Under the pieces are notes generated by a model that saw only the letters and a program-made list of their open reading frames with translations, had not been told where the DNA came from and ran no database searches. The translations under genes and the position numbers were made by a program. A stretch of 64,000 bases of DNA, from the NCBI GenBank assembly GCA_051313645.2, contig JBNRSN020000009.1, positions 71,362,001 through 71,426,000 of the forward strand. Reading direction: 5' to 3'. Source of the stretch: Centroscyllium fabricii. Taxonomy: Eukaryota. This document shows positions 36,801 to 49,000 of this stretch, piece after piece; position 1 is the first letter of the stretch; each line of letters starts with the position of its first letter.

Positions 36801-39800
36801 AATAGAAATGGGCTCCAGACTGTAGTTTAGGGGCTGCAGAAGTACTGTGAATAAATAACCCCTGTGTTCATCTGTACACTCCAGTAACTTGATTTCAGAA
36901 TTTCATTTATGGAAAATCCTTTGATGGATTATAATCTGAAGTTCTGTTTGTAAAGTTGAAGACAAATCTTGATCCCCTGCCTCTGAGAACTCGAGTCCCA
37001 TTTTGGTTTACACAAGTTTTATATTTAGATTTGCAATATTGTCAGCAATTCATAGAGCTGTGGTCAAGAAAGTTGCAGGAGGAAACTTCATCACATGAAG
37101 GTTAAATTGAGAAATTGCAAAATAATGGAAATGACCAATCTTGCATTAAAAGCAAGCCAGACAAAGATACTATCACCACTGGATTTTTGACATTGAACAA
37201 GCAGGTCTTTATTATGGAGAAGCTGTTTGATTTGTGACTTTGTATCTGCAATCTATATAGGATTCGGAGGGTATTCCTATCCATGTTCAAGTGAAGCATA
37301 AAGGTGATGGAATAACAGCCTGTTCCTACACGCCTACCAAGCCAATCAAACACACTGTTGCAGTTGCTTGGGGAGGAGTCAATGTCTCCAACAGCCCATT
37401 TAGAGTAAGTGATGAATTACCTTTCACTGTGCATGTGTCTCATTCCATTAATCTTGCATGCAGTAGGGAGTTGTTGATCTTGTCCACGGCTTGTTTCCTA
37501 ATGTCTGAATGTTGGTTTGCAAAACATAATGGCCCAGAAATTCCGATGGCCCGGGGGGCCAACGCGTGAGTACGGACGGTGTACTTGCACGTCAGGTCAT
37601 CGGAATTGCCGGTTTCCGGCATGCACCGCGCATGCGCGCAAAACCGGCAATTCCGATCCCCGGTCAGGAGCCGGAGTGCGTTGGCCTGCGCAGTAGGAGG
37701 TGCAAGTTTTTCATCTGTGTAAGTATCGGGAAAGTTACGGATGAAAATATCAGCCATAATGACACCTTTTCATCAGTTAAGTCTTTATTTTATTCAATGT
37801 AAACATTTTTTTCCACAGGTTTTTCATTTTTAAATAATTTAAACAAAAGTAAGTTGTTTTTAGACCGGTTAAACACTTTTTTTCAAAAAATTTATTTTTT
37901 TTTAAAATAGCTCATTTATGTTCGTGATAATTTTTTTTAAATGTGTTGTTTAAAAAAATATATTTTAAGGTTTAGTGTGTTTTTGGGGGTCTAGCTTTTC
38001 ATAAGTTTGACAGATCTTTCTGTCAAACTGATGAATGGAGCATTCTTTGCTCCGATTGGCACCACGTGATCCTGCAGGAAGCTTCCCACTATCTTCGCCT
38101 TTCATTTGCCCAAGCGTGGCGCGCCGGCCTCTCAGCAGGCCAGAGGATCGGGATCTCTGGTAAGTAAAATTCAAAAAGGCCTGTGCACTCACGGCAAGCC
38201 TCCAATCCTAATTTCTGGGCCAATCTGTTTCTAACTTAAAAATTTCCCATTCAGTAGCTACTTATAAGTAGTTAATTTTTCCGCTAGATCGTTCTCTCAT
38301 GCAGATATTGATGCTAAAACTTGCCAAGACTGCATGCGCCTCATTCTTTAACTTCTGTCAAATATGCCTTCAAGATGTGAATGCCCTGGTCGTCTTATTG
38401 AATGACTGACCCCATAAATAAAATTCATAGTGGAGTGGGGGGCGGGAGTTAATGGAGCACCTGAAAGTTGTGTTGCATATCATTTCTTTGCACAAGCTGA
38501 ACTCCCACTTGTGGGGGAATTTCCAAATTAAATTTGAAATGAGGTTGGAAGCACATTCTTTACTAGTGATTTCTAGGAACTGGATTATGGTCCCTGTGAC
38601 TCTTGTACAGTTCATTACCACACACATAGCTCTAAGTGAGCTATGTGAAGCATAGGCATGTTTAAACTGACTGCTTAGTTTCTTTTTCTGAACTGACTTG
38701 TGTTTTTAGATCAATATTGGTCAAGGGAGTCATCCACATAAGGTGAAGGTGTTTGGTCCGGGTGTTGAAAGAACTGGTTTGAAAGCCAATGAGCCCACTC
38801 ACTTTACTGTGGATTGCACAGAAGCTGGGGAAGGTAAGGAAACATAGAAACCTAGATAGAAGCAGGAGTAGGCCATTCGGCCCCTCGAGCCTGCTCTGCC
38901 ATTCAATGAGATCATGGCTGATCATCCAAATTCAGTACCCTGTCCCTGCCTTCTCTCCATATCCTTTGATCCCTTTAGCCTTAACAAATGTATCTAACTC
39001 CTTCTTGAATATTTAATGAATTGGCCTCTACTGCTTTCTGTGGTAGAGAATTCTTCAGGTTCACCACTCACTGGGTGAAGAAACTCCTCCTCATCTCTGT
39101 CCTAAATGGCTTACCCCTTATCATTAGACTGTGACCCCTGGTTCTGGACTCCCCAACCATCGGGAACATCCTGCGTCTAGTCTGTCCAGGCCTGATGGAA
39201 TTTTATAGGTTTCGATGAGATCCCCCCCTCAACCTTCTAAACTCCAGTGAGTATAAGCCCAATCTCTCCTCGTATGTCATTCCTGCCATCCCAGGTATCC
39301 GCCTGGTGAATCTTCACTGCACTTCCTCCATGGCAACAACATTCTTCCTTTTATGTAAGGTGACCAAAACTGCACACAATATTCAAGATGTGGTCTCACT
39401 AAGGCCCTGTACAACTGCAGCAAGACATCCTTGTTCCTGTACTCTAACCCTCTAGCTACAAAGGTCAACATACCATTTGCCACCTTAACCACCTGCTGCA
39501 CCTGCATGCTTACCTTCAGCGACTGGTGCACAAGGACACCCAAGTCTCGTTACACTTCCACTTCTCCCAATCTATTGCCATTCAGATAATCTGCCTTCCT
39601 GTTTTTTGACACCAAAGTGGATAACCTCGCATTTATCCACATGATGATATTGCGTCTGCCATGCTTCTGCACAATCACCCAACCTGCCCAAATTATCCTG
39701 GAGTTTCTCTGCATCCTCTGCACCGCACACAGCCCACCCAGTTTTGTGTCGTCTGCAAACTTGGAGATCTTACAAGGTCTGGAAAATCAAATATGCTTTT

Positions 39801-42800
39801 AATTTCTTCTTGTCTATTACTATTTCTGGAGTGTTGCTTTTCTAGTTATGGTCATACTCTCGAACTGAGGAACCGTATTTCTTGCTCCTGCACTTGCTGC
39901 TGTCTGAACAATCCAGGATAGTCGTGGTGACTTTATATTTTTGTAAAAAGCAGGAGTGTTTTTTGGCTGGTACAGACATGATGGGCTGAATGGCTGCCTC
40001 CTGTGCAGTAAACTTCTATGAACCTTTAGCTTTTTAAGATTTTGCTGAGCAGGATTATCAGTGAAATGTAGCTGATCCAAGAATAATTATTGGACCGGAT
40101 GCTAGATTAAATGGTCCTTGGAGGATGAACTAATGATTTGGAAAGGAATTGCTTTATAAAGTGAAGCTTGATTTTATCTGAAGGTATTCCCTCTGTAGTT
40201 CCAAGAATACCCAGTCAACTGAGCATTGTGTACACCAGCACTTGGAAGCTCAATCTTAACTGAGCTATACAGGCTAGGAAGATCCCAGGTTTCATCCCCA
40301 GTCTGTGCTGTTCTTAGCCAGGGCTGTAGGAAGCATTACAATTAGTTTCAATTTCCCCATGTTGAGGGGAAAATTGGATCCGATTCATGCACCTAATTGT
40401 TATCCAGTGGTTTCTACGTGGATCTCCCATAGATGTCTGAAGTTTTGCGTTTTGCTTGCTGCCAAGGTGATTAAATAGCTTATTGACTATAAAAACAGAA
40501 AATGCTGGTCATACTCAACAGGTCAGACAGCATCTGTGGAGAGAAACAGTTAATGCTCATCAGAATTGGAAAAAGTTTGAGATGACCTGTTTTAAGGGGA
40601 AATGGGGGAGGAGAGGAAAGGGAAGGTCTGCTTGCGTGGCAGGCAGGAGAGATTGCAACAAAAGGGATAATGCAAGGCTGTAGGAAACTGTAATGGGACA
40701 AGTAAAGAAACAAAAGATGTGTCTAGAAGAGGTGTAAATGGGAATCGCGGTGTCCTAAATAGCTGCTGTCTTGGTGTTGGGGAGGAAATGGGGGCAGAGG
40801 TTATGGTCTGAAATTGTTGAACTCTATCTTGAGTCCAGAAGGTTGTAAAGTGCTTAATCAAAAGATGAGGTGCTGGTCCTTGAGCTTGGGGTGAGCTTCA
40901 TTGGAACAGTGCAAGAGGCAGAGGTCAGAGGGAATGGAGTAGAACCTGTCACTTCAATTCTCCGCTAGTCGGTCTAACCAGGTTTAGAGATGAGCTTTTA
41001 TCACTGGGAACAATCCTGACTTTTTCCTATCACTGTTTTCAGGTGATGTCAGTGTTGGCATAAAGTGTGATGCTCGTGTAATCAGCGACTCTGAGGAGGA
41101 CATTGACTTTGACATAATTACTAATCCTAATGATACCTTCACGGTGAAATATACACCACCAGCAGCTGGACGTTATACCATCAAAGTGCTGTTTGCTGGT
41201 CAGGTTCGTATCTTGTGACTCACCTCTACAGCTTGGTTCTTCCAGTTTGTTGTGCAACCAGCTAAACTTTCCTCCTTTCCACAGGAAATTCCTATTGGCT
41301 CTTACAGAGTTAAAGTGGACCCATCTCATGATGCCAGCAGGGTTAAAGCTGATGGCCCAGGAATACATAAAACGGGTAAGAGTCGACATCCATTCACTGA
41401 CCCCATGATGGGATTCATGGGTCAGTTTCTCATTAAATTCACCTACTATCTAATCTGTGTTTTGTACCTTGCACTGTACTGCTGATGGCCAAATGATGTT
41501 AAAATGTAAGTTGGGTCACTTTTTCCTGGTACAGGTTGAGCACCATTAATCCGGCACCCTCGAGACCAGGCTGGTGCCAGACCACTGAAAATTCCGAACC
41601 ACTGAAGGGTCGGGGGGAGCGCGCGGTATAACACTCATCGGGTCCCGGAGTGCGCGTTGGAACACTCCCCGGGAGGAAGCCCGGGGATAAAACACTGTCC
41701 AGCAGTAACCCAAACACCCGACTCCTTCGGCACTCGCCCACCCTTCGTAGGAAACGGCAGCACCTTCGAGTGGCTGCTCCAAGGCCGCCGGTTCTGATTC
41801 GTGCCGGACCATCAGGTGCCAAATTACCAGTGCTCAACCTGTATTAACAAGTGCTATAATAATCTTCATGCAACTTGGAACAGTATGCAGTGCTGGTGTT
41901 GAGTTGCATCAAGCTCTCCAAAGCAGCTAAGTAAATGTACAGTACTGTACAATATTTTGGATTCAGGCAGGGTACAGGAGTGTTGTGTTTCAGATCACCA
42001 CTCCTTGAGGTGAGGCTAATAATACACAGGCACAGAGCTTAACTAACAAAGGTGTTTACTTGATCGATGTCCAGGTGGAAGCCCACTGCTACATTCAGTG
42101 CAGCGCTATTTATACACAGTGGCCTAAAGCGGCACTACAGTAACCTTCCCATGTACAATATAGTTTCTATACAGCTGCTATGCCATTGGCTCACAGGCTG
42201 ATACAGCGGCTTTGCCATTGGCTCACAGGCTGTCTATTAAGTCTACTCACATACACCACAAGGAGGATGGTATTTTGGGCTTTCATTCACTGGACTCTTG
42301 CGAAGCATTTCTTGGATCCAGTTAAGATCAGCTAGGAAATGACTCAACCTGTGAATATTCTTTGCTTATGCAAGAAACCTTTTTAATCACTTGCCTGAAC
42401 CGTGCTTGCTTAAGTATTTTCCTCGCCTCATTTATTGTCAATTACATCTCCCTACTCACTTTCTGTAGTCCTAGAAACTAATTGCCATCCACCGTATATC
42501 TAATGCTTGTCCACATGGGGGAAAAAAAAAATTAGGTCCACTAAGAACAAAATATTCAGGTACCACTACAGAACCATTCTTGGTTCTACAGCAGTCTTTT
42601 CTCAACTTCAATGACCATTAAGGAATATCATACACACATTCAATATTCACTAGGTTACTAGGTGTAGTTTTAAAAATTAGGTGTAGTTTTAAAAATTAGG
42701 CAACCAGGTTTAAGTGCTTGGGACCAAGGGTGGTTCTGTGGTGTGAAGCAAAGTTGAGTATTGACTACCACAAATATGATTCAGAATACATAAAATAATT

Positions 42801-45800
42801 AATTATGGTAAGGCATTTTGATTGTGCAAAATGGGTGGCTCCATATGTCTTCGTGCTGTTGAGTAATGTGATGAATCTGAAAAGTCTTGAACCCATGTGG
42901 TTTCCTTATGTCTGAGTGCTGTTTCTTTCTCCTCCTTCCACCCCCCCCCCCCTCCCCCAAAGGTGATTTTCCTTTTTCTACCACTATATAGTTTTTGTGG
43001 CAAAAGACTGTCTCTGTTTTTGGTTTGCCTGGTACATTTTTGGAGCGCAAAATCCTTTCATGTAATGCCTACTACTTGAACAAGCCTCCATTCATTCCAA
43101 AATCTCTGCAGGAAGCAACTGTGAATAATCAATGTACTTGCATCTAAGCAGATGTTTGTGAAATTGGTATTTTAACTTTACCAAGCTGTGTTTGATGCTG
43201 TTCTTGATCTTAAGAAAATGGAGAGAACCTACATGCAATGCCCAGCCCATACTCTAAAATTTAAAAAAAAGTACCAGCCAATGGCAAATAACTTGTCCTT
43301 TTTTAGTTGAAACAGTTATCCAATAAAATATGTTGTGTTCCTCTCTTTTACAGGCAATTGTTAAAAATCTATTTGTAGCATGCATACCATTGCACAGATA
43401 CATAGATACATAGATACATAGATGATAGGAGCAGGAGTAGGCCATTCGGCCCTTCGAGCCTGCTCCGCCATTCAGTGAGATCATGGCTGATCCTTCAGTT
43501 CAGTATCCCGTCCCTGCCTTCTCTCCGTAACCTTTAACCCCTTTTGCCTGCAGAAATATATCTAATTCCCTCTTAAATATATATCTGATGAGTAACATGT
43601 TCTTGTTTCAATGGGCAGGCGTAGAACTTGGGAAGCCAACCCATTTCACTGTGTTTACAAAGGGTGCTGGGAAGGCACCACTTAATGCACGTTATAGTGG
43701 GCCTGCAAAAGGAGATGCCGTCAGTGACTTTGAAATAATTGACAATTATGACTACTCTCAGACAGTGAAGTATACACCACTACAGCAGGTGGGTGTTGCT
43801 ATTCACCTATTGTACTTTAGCATCATTTCTTGTTTCTATGTAAGAATTAATGAGCTGTCTGTTTGGGCCGAACTGCGGAAACCTGCTGCGCCAAGTGCTG
43901 CTCTAATTAATGTGTGTGTTTGCAGGGTCACATGGGAATTGCCGTGACCTATGGTGGGGATCCAATTCCTAAGAGCCCCTTCAACATAGAAGTAGCGTAC
44001 CCGCTTGACATGAACAAGATCGTGGTGAACGGTCTTGAAAACAGTATGTACACCTTCCACTGATTTTGAGATGTTTCTAATGAAATGTATTTGCATTTGT
44101 AGTCCAGTTGGCTTTGATTTAAACTTGACTATGGAACAGTAAGTTGCAGGTTCAGCTTCAGAAAATGTTCCATATGTATAATGTGTGGAATAAAATTGCT
44201 TAGTCCAAGTTCTTACAGAATTGAAAATTCTGAACCCAGTAGATTTTTTTTGATGTGTAAGTCTCTAGTTGTGTATATGTAATCATGGTTTTAAAAAGTA
44301 AATGCTGATTTAAAGACTTGCATATTTGCCTACAATTTCTCTTGCTCTCCCTTGCTGGCAAAGGATGGGCTAAGATATCTAACTAGCTGAGTTGTCCAAC
44401 ATAAACTTGACACCTATTAAAATTCCTTGCGATACCACTTGACACTTGCTCGGAATCTGAGTGCACAGATATGTAATTAAAGCAAGATACTATGGTGCAC
44501 AATAGAATATTACAACACGGGTGACTACAACATAATTCAACATTGTAATTGATTTATAATTTGAAGTACCACATTATATAATTAGCATGTTTTTCCCCCC
44601 TCTGTCTTCAGTTTTTCTCACCAGCTTCCTTGTAACCATTTTGTTTTTTCTTGGCATTGCTTTCTTCCTACATTTTAGTACTGGTCAAGATTCTTTTCAT
44701 TCTCTTACTTCTGTTAGTTTGTCTTTTTCAGTGCTTTAATTTCACTTGGATTCAAACTTGAACCATGCAGTGTCAGAATCCCTTCCCTATATCTTTTTTA
44801 AATTGACAGTATATAAAATCAGATTTTTTTTAAATTGACTACATCTTTCTCTGTTTTGGAACATCATTATGGTGGCAAATTATCAAGTTTTGGTGGCCAC
44901 ATTTTGGATTTCTGCTAGTTCTTGGGCACAACAGTTCTTAATTGTGTCTTGTCTGGATTCTGTTTAAAGGATAATTGTGCACTGCATTTTCAGGCTGTTA
45001 ATGAGGCTGACCAAAGCTCAGATGTTTTGTAATACATTTTGCTTATTGATCCAACAGTTCTTTCGCTAACCTAGTTTAATCCTACCTTATTTGGTTCTCT
45101 TGGTTTCTGTAGGGAAAACCAGCATTGCCAATAATGTCAATTTAGAGATAAATGCAATATTAATTTTATCAATTGTGTGGGGAAGAGACAGAAGCAAAGC
45201 GACATCAATTGTGAGGGGGAAGATGAATATTGTTTTTTTTTCCTCTTACTTTGGAACTATGTTACATGGTGATGAGAAATCTAAGTATTAAAATATAAAT
45301 GTCCAGGACTGACATTTGTTCCTACCTGTCTGTTTGCATTACTATTAAAATAAATGTTCTTTCCATTATTAGGAGTGGAAGTTGGGGAAGATCAGCAGTT
45401 CACTGTAAACACAAAGGGAGCTGGGGGTCAAGGTAAAGTGGATGTGAAGATCTCCAGCCCTTCATGGAAACCTGTGCCCTGTGTAGTGGAGCCAGTTACT
45501 AGTAGGGATGCCTGTGTTGCCAAGTACATCCCAAAGGAAGAAGGACTGTACATGGTAGATGTGATGTATGACGGGAATCCAGTTGTCGGCAGCCCATTCA
45601 CTGTGGAAGCTGCGCTGCCTCCAGATCCTTCCAAGGTTAACTATTAACATTTTTTGTAAACACTTCTAGATTTATTTTTGCCTTGGTGCCTTGTACCTTT
45701 ACTAGTTTCTTTGGTATAGAAATCAGAAAGCTTTGACTCTCGAGCCTTCCTCAGTTTCTATGTCGTCAAATTTTTGCACAGCACTGGAAATAGAAAGTGG

Positions 45801-46053
45801 TAATTCAATGCAATTAATAGTTTATTTTTTAGCTTTCACCTGCGTTTCGAATAAAAACTTGCATGAAACCAATACATGCTCTCATTTTGGGGAATATAGA
45901 AGATAAATGTCAAGTTTGTGATGGAGCTATGCTGGTAAAAATGAACAGGCTCTCGCTCTCTCGCGCTCGCTCTCTCGCGCGCTCTCTCTTCTCATCCTTG
46001 TTTTCAAATTTCTCCATGGCCTCTTCCCCTCCCTATCTCTCATTTCCTCCTTA

Positions 46054-46089
<36 letters not shown>

Positions 46090-49000
46090 GATCACTGCAC
46101 TTTGCCAATTCTGACCTCTTGAGCATCCCCACCACTGGTGTCTGTGCCTTCAGCTGCCTAGGCTCTGGAATTCCCTCCCTAAACCCCTGCCTTTCCCTCC
46201 CTAAACCCCTGCCTCTCAGGGGTTTAGGGAGGGAATTCCAGGGAATAATCAGGAGCAGTCAGCGCGGATTCGTTAAGGGCAAATCGTGCCTGACCAACCT
46301 GATAGAATTCTTTGAGGTGGTGACCAAGTGTGTGGACGAGGGAAAGGCGGTTGATGTCATATATATGGACTTCAGCAAGGCGTTCAACAAGGTCCCGCAC
46401 GGTCGACTAATGAAGAAAGTAAGGAGTTGCGGGGTAAACCAAGAAGTAGTGGGATGGGTTGAGAACTGGCTGGCTCGGAGAAAGTAGAGGGTAGTGGTAG
46501 AGGGCCAATACTCTGGTTGGAGACCGGTCACCAGTGGAGTGCCACGGGTCGGTGTTGGGGCCACTACTATTTGTGATCTTTATCAATGACTTGGAGGAGG
46601 GGACTGAGGGGTGGGTCAGCAAATTTGCAGATGACCCAAAGATTGGGGGAGTAGTGGACGAGGAGGAAGGAAGTAGAAGGCTTCAGAGGGATATAGATAG
46701 GATGCAGAGCTGGGCTGAAGAATGGCAAATGGAGTTCAACACGGGGAAATGCGAGGTGATACACTTCGGTAGGGCAAATAGGAATAGGGAATATAGGGTC
46801 AACGGCAGGGTCCTGAGTGAAGCAGAGGAGCAAAGGGATCTGGGAGTATATATACACATCATTGAAGGCTGCCACCCAGGTGGATAAGGCAGTAAAAAAG
46901 GCCTATGGTGTATTGGCTTTAATCAACAGGGGAATAGAGTTTAAGAACCGGGAGGTCATGCTACAGCTGTACAGGTCACTGGTGAGACCACACTTGGAAT
47001 ACTGTGTGCAGTTCTGGGCACCGTACTACAGGAGGGATGTGGAGGAGTTGGAGCGGGTACAGAGGAGATTCACCAGGATGCTGCCGGGAATGGGGGGGAA
47101 AGTCATACGAGGAGAGGTTGAGGGAGCTGGGACTCTTCTCCCTGGAGCGGAGAAGGAAGAGGGGGGACTTAATAGAGATGTTTAAAATGATGAAGGGGAT
47201 CGATAGAGTAAACATGCAGAGACTGTTTCCCCGGGTGGGAAGAACGACAACAAGAGGGCACGAGCACAAGATTCAAGGAGGAAGATTCAGAAGGGATGGC
47301 AGGGGCAATTTCTTTAGTGGTCTGGGAGTGGAATAGGCTACCATCTGAAATAGTGGATGCGGACAGTCTGGGAGCTTTTAAAAGGATGATAGATAGGTAC
47401 ATGGAGGGGAAGGAAGAGTAGGGGGGACAGGATAGTTCAACGGCAGCTGTGTTCCTCCAGTACCTTGTTTCTGTGGAAGGTTTTCATCTGAACCTTGTGT
47501 TGATTCACAGTGCAAGCATTGTAACGAAGGCTGAGCCTGATTCTGACCACGCATGTATAGGGTCACTGGAGAGTGATTTTAAACGTTTTTAAATCAATCT
47601 CTTGGTCTGATGTTGAGATCCTAGCTTAATAGTTCTTCCTCAGTCTGTGCTAAATCAGCCAGTTTAAGACTCTCTGGGTTTGTTTAACACCATGAGATAC
47701 CCTTTGTTAACAGGGCGACTTGTCTTCAATTGTTGAGTATTATAGCTTTTGGCCATGAAAAATTATATTACATTTTTTTTATTTGCAGGTGAAAGCATAT
47801 GGGCCAGGCCTCAAAAGTGGTCTTGTGGGCAAATCTGCTGAATTCACAATCGACACCAAAGGAGCTGGCACTGGTGGGTTGGGTCTCACTGTGGAAGGCC
47901 CATGCGAAGCCAAGATTGAGTGCTCGGATAATGGGGATGGGACCTGTTCGGTCTCTTACTTACCAAATGAACCTGGTGAATATCTTGTCAATATTTTGTT
48001 TGAAGAAGTTCACATTCCAGGTTCTCCATTCAAGGCAGACATCAAATTGCCCTTCGATCCTTCCAAAGTTGTTGCCTCTGGTCCTGGTTTGGAACGTGGC
48101 AAAGTTGGAGAAGCTGGACTATTTACTGTTGACTGTTCAAAAGCTGGTCCTGGTGAATTGACCATAGAACCGGTATCTGATGCAGGTGTTCAGGCCAAAG
48201 CCCATATTCAGGATAATGGTGATGGCACTCACACAGTTAGCTACATTCCACTTCAGCATGGTCCACACACAATTGGACTGAAGTATGGAGGGCAGTCTGT
48301 GCCCAAATTCCCAGCACGGTTGCAGGTGGACCCAGCAGTTGATGCTAGTGGTGTTAAAGTATACGGACCTGGAATCGAAGGACATGGTAAGTGCTTTTTC
48401 TGCCATTGGCTGTGGTCATTTATAGCAAATGGTTTTTCTATTGTGATATTCCCACTGTGCCGCCCCCCAGCATGTCATAGAGTCAGAGTCATAGAGTAAT
48501 ACAGCACAGAAAGAGCCCCTATGGCCCATCGCGTCTGTGCCGCCATCAATCCCAGTCTGTACTAGTCCCATTTTTCCTGCATTTGGTCCGTAGCTTTGTA
48601 TGCTGTGGCATTTCAAGTGCTCATCCAAATGCTTTTTGAATGTTGAGGGTTCCCGCCTCTACCACCCTCTCAGGCAGTGAGTTCCAGACTCCAACCACCC
48701 TCTGGGTGAATCTTCCTCACATCCCCACGGTACCTCCTGCCCCTTACCCTAAAATTATGCCCCCTAGTTATTGACCCCTCAACCAAGGGAAAAAGTTCCA
48801 CTCCATCCACCTTATCTATTCCCCTCATAATTTTGTATACCTCAGTCGGGTTCCCCCTCAGCCTCCTCTGCTCCAAGGAAAACAACCCCAGCCTGTCCAG
48901 TCTCTCTTCATAGCTGAGGCTCCCCAGCCCAGGCAGCATCCTGGTGAATCTCCTCTGCACCCTCTCCAAAGCTATTACATCCTTCCTATAGTGTGGCGAC

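Noticed and set aside
46056-46087. Long C/G homopolymers (also about 35540-35570 and 52854-52875) as G-quadruplex regulators
   Set aside because: These are simple repeats of uncertain assembled length, with no functional evidence.
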